Of a DNA stretch of 64,000 nucleotides, positions 40,030-48,389 are shown piece after piece (position 1 is the stretch's first letter; every line of letters begins with the position of its first letter). Position numbers and translations under genes: made by a program. This DNA is from Nitrospinales bacterium (GTDB taxonomy: Bacteria; Nitrospinota; Nitrospinia; Nitrospinales; VA-1), in NCBI GenBank assembly GCA_047610985.1, contig JBLFWU010000010.1, forward strand, positions 6,502 to 70,501, in the 5' to 3' direction. Below the pieces are notes generated by a model. It had not been told where the DNA came from and ran no database searches. It was given only the letters and a program-made list of their open reading frames with translations.

Positions 40030-40303
40030 GTGTGGTGCTGCTTTCTAGTTCAAGATGTTCTCGAATCCACGATGCGACATAAATATTTTCGAGATCAAAG
40101 TTTTTCAATGTTTTAAGTATGACTTCGGCTTGTTCCTGAAGTGAGAGATTTTTATCCAGAAGGATCAGATCTTTCCCATTCATTTTGCAGTATCCGCTTT
40201 GTATTTGAAACTCCTGATCGTTGAGGTCAGTAATTTCAATGGAAATCGCTAATTTCTCTGTAACGCTTTTCAGGTCTTCGATTTTATTTTCTACATCCTG
40301 CAT
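40016..40303 (-). CDS. Conserved hypothetical protein
   Basis: 95 aa with SGYCK and DLENIYV..WIREHL; overlaps the pepM start by 14 bp. Confidence 0.75.
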   Translation of the reverse strand: MQDVENKIEDLKSVTEKLAISIEITDLNDQEFQIQSGYCKMNGKDLILLDKNLSLQEQAEVILKTLKNFDLENIYVASWIREHLELESSTTHDPS

Positions 40304-40331
40304 GGCGGATGGGATTTAGGTGGAATGGAGA

Positions 40332-41699
40332 TCAACTGACAACTCTCATTATGTCGTTGTAGAAAGCAAATACCATGAGACTTATTAACATGAAGAGTCC
40401 TACTTGTTGAGCTCTTTCTCTGCTTTTTTCGCTGACCGGTTTCCCTTTGAGAATTTCAATCAGAAAAAATAAAATATGACCTCCATCCAATACAGGGATC
40501 GGCAACAGGTTTAAAAGGCCTAGGTTGATGCTCAGTAATGCTGTGAGCCTAATCAACTCATTAAAGCCTTGTTCGGCTTGCTCACCGTATATCTGGAAAA
40601 TCAGTATAGGTCCGCCAATTGAATCGGCAGGAATAGAGCCAAGTATCATTTTCTTAATGCTCACTGTGATCAGAAAAATTAATTTCCACGTTTCTTCGCA
40701 GGCTCTATTAAAAGCACCGATTAGGCCATACTTTTCCTGAGTCATCTCACCGCTCATTCCGATGCCCAACAATCCTATTTCAATTTCGTTGCCTTGCAAA
40801 TCTTTGGTAGTTTTTGCTTCTGGGGTTATTTTAAGGAGAACTTCGGTACCATTTCTTAGAACGTGAAATGTCAATTCCTGTCCGGGCTTGTCTACTGCCG
40901 CTATTTTCAAGTCCCCCCACCCAAATATTTCAGTTCCGTCCACTCTTTGGAGAATATCTCCCTCCTGAATTCCAGCTCGGGCTGCAGGGGTGCCTTCTTT
41001 TACCAATGTTATAGTGCGAACTAGAGGGGTGATGCCTATGAGGCCTACAGATTCTTTATCTCCGAACAAGTCAGTTATTTGTTCTGCAACGGGAGCGATA
41101 GAAACATGGATGATATTGCCGCTTCTTTCCACTTTGAAATCTAAGGAGCGGCCTGGGGATTCATGGACTCTTTTTTGCAGTTGCTCCCAATAAAAAATAT
41201 CTTCATCTCCAATAGCTAGAATGCGATCTCCGGTTTGTAGACCCGCTACAAGGGCAGGAGATTCCTCATTCACAGTGCCAACAACCGGGGATAAAGCAGG
41301 TACGCCCATAAGATAAACAAAATAATAAATACCGATTGCAAAAAGTATGTTGAAAAGGGGGCCAGCAAAGGCAATACCTAGACGATGGCCCACTGGGGCA
41401 GCGGAAAAAGACCCTTTTTGATCTGCGTCGGATTCTTCAACTTCTTCCCCCTTCATTTTCACATAGCCACCAAGAGGAATGGCTGCGATCAGGTATTCGG
41501 TGCCACCCTTTGTAAAACCTATGATTTTGGGTCCGAATCCAAGGGCGAATTTTTCTACCACAACGCCGAATTTGCGCGCTGCGAGAAAATGCCCCAGTTC
41601 GTGAACAAAAATGAGGGCTGCGAGTCCTGCCAAAAAAGCCAGCATTTTGATGCTGAAATCAAGAATTGCATCTAAAGGTAATACAGATAGTTCGAACAT
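40332..41699 (-). CDS. rseP: RIP metalloprotease RseP with two PDZ domains
   Basis: HELGH, IPLGGYVKM, AGPLFN, NLLPIPVLDGGH. Confidence 0.96.
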   Translation of the reverse strand: MFELSVLPLDAILDFSIKMLAFLAGLAALIFVHELGHFLAARKFGVVVEKFALGFGPKIIGFTKGGTEYLIAAIPLGGYVKMKGEEVEESDADQKGSFSAAPVGHRLGIAFAGPLFNILFAIGIYYFVYLMGVPALSPVVGTVNEESPALVAGLQTGDRILAIGDEDIFYWEQLQKRVHESPGRSLDFKVERSGNIIHVSIAPVAEQITDLFGDKESVGLIGITPLVRTITLVKEGTPAARAGIQEGDILQRVDGTEIFGWGDLKIAAVDKPGQELTFHVLRNGTEVLLKITPEAKTTKDLQGNEIEIGLLGIGMSGEMTQEKYGLIGAFNRACEETWKLIFLITVSIKKMILGSIPADSIGGPILIFQIYGEQAEQGFNELIRLTALLSINLGLLNLLPIPVLDGGHILFFLIEILKGKPVSEKSRERAQQVGLFMLISLMVFAFYNDIMRVVS

Positions 41700-41702
41700 T
41701 TT

Positions 41703-42359
41703 TTAATGGGGTTTTGTATAGTCCAAGACCTCTACATTTGCAGGTGCTTGAAACTGAAAGGTTTTCTCAGGAATATCTCTATTTGTTTTTATGTTGCTGA
41801 AACGAATTTCTGTTTTGTTTCCTAATTTATCATACACGGTTGATCCAGTAATCTGGTAGTTTTTCTTATTTGCGAATAATTGTAACCGTGTCAGAGCTTG
41901 GTCATCTGCTTTTGGGGTTAGCGTTATGCTAATGGGGTCTTGATCTAGGTTCACGCTTTCAACATTAAAAGTTTGCGTCAACTTCCCTTTCCCGGCCAAA
42001 AATAGAGCGGGGGTGTTTGATGAGTAGATACTTTCAATGGGTACCTTGGTGGCCTGTTCTTCATCGGGGACATAAAGCCAGAGTGTGCTTCCATCGCTGA
42101 TCAAAATCTGAGTGTCAGGTGCGCCATATGTCCATTTCATCTTCCCTGGTTTTTTAATAGAGACTGTTCCTTTTACATCCTGCGTTTTGTTCATCATTTT
42201 GATGTAAGATTTTTGGATAAAATCAGCTTCATAGGTCAGGACTTTTTCGTAGTTCATCTGGACAGCATCTAAGGCATGCTGCTCGGGAGTATCAGCCTGG
42301 CTTAAGTTCCCACTCAGCAGGGTGAAAATAAGTACTATGGATTTTATAAAATAGACCAA
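41703..42359 (-). CDS. lolA: Outer-membrane lipoprotein carrier protein
   Basis: ADFIQ, KKPGKMKWTY, SDGSTLWLY, NTPALFL. Likely TTG start at 42359 (track 42407). Confidence 0.88.
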   Translation of the reverse strand: MVYFIKSIVLIFTLLSGNLSQADTPEQHALDAVQMNYEKVLTYEADFIQKSYIKMMNKTQDVKGTVSIKKPGKMKWTYGAPDTQILISDGSTLWLYVPDEEQATKVPIESIYSSNTPALFLAGKGKLTQTFNVESVNLDQDPISITLTPKADDQALTRLQLFANKKNYQITGSTVYDKLGNKTEIRFSNIKTNRDIPEKTFQFQAPANVEVLDYTKPH

Positions 42360-42360
42360 T

Positions 42361-42987
42361 TTAATTTCCCCTGTTTTTTCGTGCAACTCGGCGGCCCGAA
42401 AACTCAAGATTGTCTTCTTTTATTAATCGAATGGCTTCGGGATAAATGATGTGCTCCTGTTCTAATATTTTGTCAGAAAGCGATTGTACGTCGTCTGCAT
42501 CGAGAATGGGTACAACGGCTTGTAAAATGATAGCGCCACCATCGACCTCCTCATTTACAAAGTGAACAGTGCAACCGGAAAACTTCACTCCATGTTCCAG
42601 TGCCCTTTTTTGCACATTTAATCCTGGAAAAGCGGGAAGCAGGGAAGGGTGTATGTTGATAATTTTTCCGGAAAAAGCATTGATAAATTTTTTCCCTAGT
42701 ATGCGCATGAAACCAGCAAGACAAACCAAGTCTATGGATTTGGTTTGTAAAAGTTCGATCATTCGCTTTTCATAATCATCGCGGCTGGAAAAATTTTTGG
42801 GATCGAGAAAAACACTTTCTAATCCGTGCTTTTTACCGCGTTGGAGAGCATATGCATCTGGCACATTGCTCAAAATTAGGGAGATTTCTGCTGCCAGATT
42901 ATTTTCTTCTATGCTGTCAATAATAGCTTGCAGATTTGAGCCGCGGCCGGAAACTAAAACGGCAAGTTTAAATTTTTCCGATGGCAT
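42361..42987 (-). CDS. purN: Phosphoribosylglycinamide formyltransferase
   Basis: SGRGSNLQA, LAGFMRIL, NIHPSLLP, GCTVHFV. Confidence 0.97.
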   Translation of the reverse strand: MPSEKFKLAVLVSGRGSNLQAIIDSIEENNLAAEISLILSNVPDAYALQRGKKHGLESVFLDPKNFSSRDDYEKRMIELLQTKSIDLVCLAGFMRILGKKFINAFSGKIINIHPSLLPAFPGLNVQKRALEHGVKFSGCTVHFVNEEVDGGAIILQAVVPILDADDVQSLSDKILEQEHIIYPEAIRLIKEDNLEFSGRRVARKNRGN

Positions 42988-43379
42988 TTAAAATAGGTGT
43001 TTTATTGTAGATACAGAAGAGGTTCGGTAGTTATTGTTAACTAGCTTAGCATTAACCATTGTTTTAAATCAACGATTTCCCGATTCTTCGAAAACAGGAG
43101 TGTTTGCTGTGATTATTTTGTGAATTATTGATAGGTGTTTGATAACTTTTGCCTGAAAAGCATAAAAAAGGGGTTGTATGCGAGCTAAATAGGCTATAAT
43201 TTTTGTAATCGTAATAAATTTAGATGTTTAAAAAGAGAACTGTGACTTATTTGTGGCATTTTTACTTGTTTTAGTGTGTAAGATAATAAGTATCAAAAAC
43301 ATTAAAATAGTTTGTTCTGACGGTGGCCCATCCTTCAATAGCTTCGTGATAATATTGTTTTTTTAAAGGTTTAACCCAA

Positions 43380-44342
43380 GTGGAAAAAATAAAGGTGCTT
43401 TTGCTCGAAGATAATAAATTAGATGTAGAAGCCATTGTAAGATTGATTAAAATTCAGAATCTGGATTATGACCTCAAAACGGTTTCCACCTGCAGTGAAG
43501 CTAAACAATGTTTGAGTGAAACGAATTATGATGTGGCTTTATTAGATTCGCATGTTCCAGATGCTTCAGGGCTCAGTATCCTATCGGACTTGGGGGGTGT
43601 GCCAGCCATTATTATTACAGGTCAAGGAGATGAGGAAACTGCAGTTCGCGCTTTGAAAGATGGAGCAAGCGACTATCTGGTAAAAGATCTTTCGGGGATG
43701 TATCTGCATTTATTACCAACAGTTGTTAAAGAAACAATTATAAAGCAGCGTCTTAGGCAAGAAAAAGATAGAGCGGAAAAAGAACGGGAAAAACTTTTTC
43801 GTGATTTGGAAAAAGCTCATCGCGAGATGAAAGCGCTTTCGAGGATCGATCCTATGACTAACCTTTCTAATCGGCGAGATATTAAGTATAAAATTGATTA
43901 TGAAATTTCACGCTTTGAAAGAAGTAATGAAACATTTTCCATCATCCTTGGAGATATAGATCGATTTAAAGAAATTCATTCGAATCTGGGTGGTTCAGGG
44001 GCAGATAATATCATTGTTCAGGTTGCGGAAAGTATAGTTGAGGAATGCAGGAAAGTAGATACGGTGGGTCGTTGGGGCACAGAAGCTTTCATGATTATTG
44101 TTCCAGAAACCCATTTGTCGGGTGCTGCAAGGCTGGCTGAAAACTTGCGCAAATCTTTTGAAGATAAAATTTTTTCAGTTGAGGATGAAAGTATTAAGGT
44201 TCCAATGAGTTTTGGTGTCGCGGCTTATGTGGAAGGGCAGTCTGTAAATTGGCTTACCGATATCGTGGAAACTTTTTTGCTTAAAGCTAAAAGTTCAGGG
44301 GGGAATAAGGTTGTTTCTCTTCCTTCTCAAGTAAATAATTAG
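43380..44342 (+). CDS. Receiver-GGDEF protein with degenerate active site
   Basis: REC (LLEDN, LLDSH, YLVK) plus GGDEF domain with RKVD I-site and GTEAF in place of GG(D/E)EF. Confidence 0.88.
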   Translation: MEKIKVLLLEDNKLDVEAIVRLIKIQNLDYDLKTVSTCSEAKQCLSETNYDVALLDSHVPDASGLSILSDLGGVPAIIITGQGDEETAVRALKDGASDYLVKDLSGMYLHLLPTVVKETIIKQRLRQEKDRAEKEREKLFRDLEKAHREMKALSRIDPMTNLSNRRDIKYKIDYEISRFERSNETFSIILGDIDRFKEIHSNLGGSGADNIIVQVAESIVEECRKVDTVGRWGTEAFMIIVPETHLSGAARLAENLRKSFEDKIFSVEDESIKVPMSFGVAAYVEGQSVNWLTDIVETFLLKAKSSGGNKVVSLPSQVNN

Positions 44343-44487
44343 GTGCCCTGTTAATACTGTTTTGGTATAGAAAACCTATCACCCTGTAGTATGATTCCGT
44401 GTTAAACTTCCGCACTGTTTTTTTTCTTCAAAAGTGCTGATTTACCGATTTTTATTCAGCACAATCGTTCCTTAAAAATAAAAAAGT

Positions 44488-45909
44488 ATGAAAGAGTCTT
44501 TAAATATTTTAGTGATCGATGATGACCAAGCCGACCGTATGCTGGTTCAGCGATTGCTCGCAAAAACGAAGCTGGAAGTCCATGTTGAAGAGGCGAGTGA
44601 TTGCAAGAGCGGAGTTGAAAAAATTAAGACTCAGAATTTTGATTGTGCCCTGATCGATTATCATTTGCCTGATGCAAAGGGTATCGAGATTATTGAACAG
44701 CTACGTGAAGCCGATGAAAAAGAAACACCTCTTATAGTTTTAACGGGAATGGGTAGTGAAAGCCTGGCAACAGAAGTTATGAAAAAGGGTGCGGCAGATT
44801 ACGTTTCAAAAAATGGACTCAATGAGGAGGTTTTGGAGAGGAGTATTCGAAATGCTGTTCAGATTCATCATCTTCAGAGACAGACGAAAGCAGCTGAGAG
44901 TGCATTTTTAGAAAGAGAAAAGCAGTACCGAACGATAATCGAAACAGTTTCCGATATTATTATTCGATTGGATGTGAATAAAAAAATTGAGTTTGTGAAT
45001 CCCGCAATCCGTTTTCTGGGGTATGAACCTTCTGAAATGGTAGGTCAGCCCATAGAAAAGTTTGTAGTGGAAGTGGAAGGAGTGGACTATCAGGATGATT
45101 TGATCTCTCAAATTGCTACCCAAGGGGTAGGGCCTATGGCTACTACTAATTTGGAGGTGAGTTTTCTTGTTGAAAAAGACTCTACTTTATGGGAACAAAA
45201 TAAATCGGTACCGGTTTTGTTGGATGCTTTTGGTTTGTGGGATGTTCCCGATGAAGTGGTTTTTAAACGTGGCAGCGAGAAAAACTTTTTGGGTACTTTA
45301 TGCATAGCCCGCAATATTACTGAAGTAAAAGCTATGGAACAAGAGCTTCTTAGTGCTCAAGCCCGGTTGATTGGAGCTGTGGAAGAATTGAAAGAATTGG
45401 CAACAAAGGATGCTTTGACAGGTATAGCCAATCGTCGGTTTTTTGATGAATATCTAGAGAAAGAATGGAAAAGAGCGCAAAGAGATCAAGATCCTTTTTC
45501 GATAGTTATGATCGATTTAGATTTCTTCAAGCCGTACAACGATACCTATGGACATCAAAAAGGAGACTCCTGTCTGAAAGAGGTGGCGAGGACTATCGAT
45601 GAGGCAATGAAGCGGCCGGCGGATATGGCGGCAAGATACGGCGGCGAAGAATTTGCATTGATTCTTCCTGAAACCAATTCTGAAGGCGCGGTAAGTCTTG
45701 CTGAGAGGTTGCGAAAATCTATTTATGATTTGAACCTGGAGCATAAAAATAGCTCTTGTGAACCCCGGGTAACTGTCAGTTTGGGGGTAGCTACCATGAA
45801 AGTGGATAAAAAAAGTGATTTTGTTAACCTGATATCAAAAGCAGATAAAGCTTTGTATGCGGCAAAAGACAGTGGGCGTAATCGGGTATCTGTTTTTGAA
45901 GAGAAATGA
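44488..45909 (+). CDS. Receiver-PAS-GGDEF diguanylate cyclase
   Basis: REC (IDDD, LIDY), PAS, DALTG, DFFKPYND.YGH, RPAD, RYGGEEF. Confidence 0.93.
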   Translation: MKESLNILVIDDDQADRMLVQRLLAKTKLEVHVEEASDCKSGVEKIKTQNFDCALIDYHLPDAKGIEIIEQLREADEKETPLIVLTGMGSESLATEVMKKGAADYVSKNGLNEEVLERSIRNAVQIHHLQRQTKAAESAFLEREKQYRTIIETVSDIIIRLDVNKKIEFVNPAIRFLGYEPSEMVGQPIEKFVVEVEGVDYQDDLISQIATQGVGPMATTNLEVSFLVEKDSTLWEQNKSVPVLLDAFGLWDVPDEVVFKRGSEKNFLGTLCIARNITEVKAMEQELLSAQARLIGAVEELKELATKDALTGIANRRFFDEYLEKEWKRAQRDQDPFSIVMIDLDFFKPYNDTYGHQKGDSCLKEVARTIDEAMKRPADMAARYGGEEFALILPETNSEGAVSLAERLRKSIYDLNLEHKNSSCEPRVTVSLGVATMKVDKKSDFVNLISKADKALYAAKDSGRNRVSVFEEK

Positions 45910-45996
45910 AATTTAGTGTTCCAAAATACATTTTTGGGGAATAAATTTGGCGTTGTTGCTATCTCTAATATGGAATTAATATTCCATCCCTTTTGT

Positions 45997-46040
45997 AATC
46001 CGCTCGCCTGCTCTACCTCCCTGGCGAGCGGATTTTTTTT
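45997..46040 (+). terminator. Intrinsic terminator after the diguanylate cyclase pair
   Basis: AATCCGCTCGCC...GGCGAGCGGATT followed by a T tract. Confidence 0.85.
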
Positions 46041-46162
46041 GCCTTCTTTAATATCCCCTCTTTATCAATAATATTGATCCATTTCTACTTATTTTGCTAA
46101 TATATATAGGTTTTTGGGGCTTTCTATAGCCAAACAAAAAATATCCCTTTATAGAGGAAAAA

Positions 46163-47002
46163 ATGAAGATTGAAGACGTTGTTGATGATTGGGTGGCCAG
46201 TCCGCCACATCTTTATTTTAAACTCAAAGAGGTAATTGAAGACCCGGATAGCTCTTTCAAGGATATCGGGGAAGTGATTCTTCATGATCCTGCACTCTCC
46301 GCCCGTATTCTGAGAATATCCAACAGTCCACTTTTTAATCCCGAATCCGAAGTAGAAACTATTGAGCATGCTCTAACTTTTATAGGAATGAATCAGTTGG
46401 AGGAATTAGTGCTGGGAACAGCTGTGATGGAAAGTTTTAAAGGTATTCCTGTAGATGTTATTGACATTAATTCTTTTTGGAAGCATAGCATTGCCTGCGC
46501 TTTGACTGCCCGGTTGATCGCAGAGCATATTCATGAGTCAGATTTGGAAAGGTTTTATCTTTTGGGGATTTTGCATGACATAGGCAGTCTGGTCATTTAT
46601 AAAAAAGCTCCAAAGGCTGCCAAAGAGGCATTGCAATTAAGTGAAGGAAGTTCAAAATATTTATTTCAAGTTGAGACTCAGGTGCATGGTTTTAACCATG
46701 CCGAAGCAGGGGCTGCTTTATTTCATGCTTGGAAACTGCCGGAAAGGCTAATAGAGGTGGTTGCTTGCCACCATGATCCAAAACAAGCAAAAAACTATTC
46801 AAGAGACGCATCTATCATTCATCTAGCAGATGTTATTTCCCATGAAATAGATTTGCAAGGAACAGGAGAAGGGTTTTCCCCACCAATTGATGAAGAAATT
46901 CTCGAATCTGTTGGCCTCACCTCACGAGATCTGTTATCTGTAAAAAGCCAACTAAAAGATCAGTTCGAGCAAACGGCAGAGGTGTTTTTATCTTCAAGTT
47001 AG
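46163..47002 (+). CDS. HDOD domain protein
   Basis: DPALSARILRISNSP, FWKHS, GILHDIG, NHAEAG, W.LP, CHH. Confidence 0.92.
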   Translation: MKIEDVVDDWVASPPHLYFKLKEVIEDPDSSFKDIGEVILHDPALSARILRISNSPLFNPESEVETIEHALTFIGMNQLEELVLGTAVMESFKGIPVDVIDINSFWKHSIACALTARLIAEHIHESDLERFYLLGILHDIGSLVIYKKAPKAAKEALQLSEGSSKYLFQVETQVHGFNHAEAGAALFHAWKLPERLIEVVACHHDPKQAKNYSRDASIIHLADVISHEIDLQGTGEGFSPPIDEEILESVGLTSRDLLSVKSQLKDQFEQTAEVFLSSS

Positions 47003-47028
47003 AGATTCTATGTAAGAATCCGCCCCCA

Positions 47029-48384
47029 GTGAAAGAGTTGCTAAACTTATTTTGCAGATTGTTATTTACTGCATTTATATTTTTGTTAGTGCCTGCTATG
47101 GCAGTTGCAGGGCTAGATGAATCTTTCTTACACGCGGTTTACGAAGGAGATCGAAAAGAGGCAGAGTCGCTATTAAACTTGGGAGCAAACCTTGAATCAC
47201 GTACTCAAAAGGGGAGTACGGCATTGATAGTTGCGTCAGCACGAAACGATTCTGAAATGGTTCGTTTTTTATTGAGTCGAGGATCGAGAGTCAACTCTCG
47301 AAACCGATATGATGATACGGCTCTATTGCTTTGCTCCACGCGTGGCAATACCCGTTGTGTTAAAAGTCTAATTGAAGGAGAAGTAGACCTGAATGTGCGG
47401 AACATGCATGGCTGGAGTCCTCTTGCCCGAGCAGCACGTTATGGGCATTTGGAAACGATGCAGTTATTGCTCAAGCATGGCGCGAATGTAAACATCCAGC
47501 TAAACGATGGTGCTACTCCGTTACTTATTGCAACTGGTGAAGAGCACTCTGGCGCTGTCCATCTTTTGCTGAATAATGGGGCGGATATTCATTCTAAAAA
47601 CTATGATGGAACACAACCCATCTTGCTTGCTGTTCTAACGGGTCGGAAAGATATTGTTGAGCTTCTCATTTCAAAGGGTGCTGATCCTAATTCCCGAAAT
47701 GCTTTTGGAGACCCACTTTTATTTTTAGCCATTGAACGAGACTTCGTAGACTGCATTGAGCTGCTGCTGAAATCGGGTGTTGATGTGAATGCTCTTAGCC
47801 CCAAAGGCTGGACCCCCCTTATGCGTTCGGCAAAATTTGGACGAACTCGAGCCGCAAAAGCTTTAATCGCAAAAGGTGGAGATGTGAATTCCACCAGTAA
47901 AGGCGGAGCCACTTCATTGATGATCGCTTCCGAACGTGGCGAGTTTGAATTTGTTAAATTGCTGGTAGAACATCAGGCAGCTGTGAATACAAAAAGCAAG
48001 AATGGCACGACCCCGGTTATCAGTGCGGCTGCCGGAGGGCATGAAAATATTGTTGCCTATTTGCTCGATAAAGGTGCTGAGTTTCACACGGTAATAAAAA
48101 ACGGGTCAACCGCTTTGATGGTCGCTGCAGAGAGAGGCCATTTAGAAACTGTAAAGGTGTTGATGGTGCGGGGGGCAAATGTTCAGGCTCGCAGTAAACG
48201 GGGTTGGACTCCATTGATGGTCGCCGCCGCCGGAGGACATGCTGAAATTACTCGCCTTTTTCTGGATGAAGGGGCCAAGTGGGATGTTAAATCGAAAGCT
48301 GGTTGGACGGCTCTCAAAGTAGCCCTCAAATTGGGTAAAAAAGAAGTGGCTCGACAGCTAATGGAAGCCGGAGCAAATAAATAA
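47029..48384 (+). CDS. Exported ankyrin-repeat protein (about 12 repeats)
   Basis: Signal peptide then repeated G.TPL..A...G....V..LL..GA.VN units. Confidence 0.92.
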   Translation: MKELLNLFCRLLFTAFIFLLVPAMAVAGLDESFLHAVYEGDRKEAESLLNLGANLESRTQKGSTALIVASARNDSEMVRFLLSRGSRVNSRNRYDDTALLLCSTRGNTRCVKSLIEGEVDLNVRNMHGWSPLARAARYGHLETMQLLLKHGANVNIQLNDGATPLLIATGEEHSGAVHLLLNNGADIHSKNYDGTQPILLAVLTGRKDIVELLISKGADPNSRNAFGDPLLFLAIERDFVDCIELLLKSGVDVNALSPKGWTPLMRSAKFGRTRAAKALIAKGGDVNSTSKGGATSLMIASERGEFEFVKLLVEHQAAVNTKSKNGTTPVISAAAGGHENIVAYLLDKGAEFHTVIKNGSTALMVAAERGHLETVKVLMVRGANVQARSKRGWTPLMVAAAGGHAEITRLFLDEGAKWDVKSKAGWTALKVALKLGKKEVARQLMEAGANK

Positions 48385-48389
48385 TAGAG

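Noticed and set aside
42990-43379. Long AT-rich intergenic region (also 51780-52170)
   Set aside because: Consistent with divergent promoter regions; no convincing RNA structure or ORF seen.
47200-48360. Roughly 99-bp periodicity
   Set aside because: Ankyrin coding repeats.
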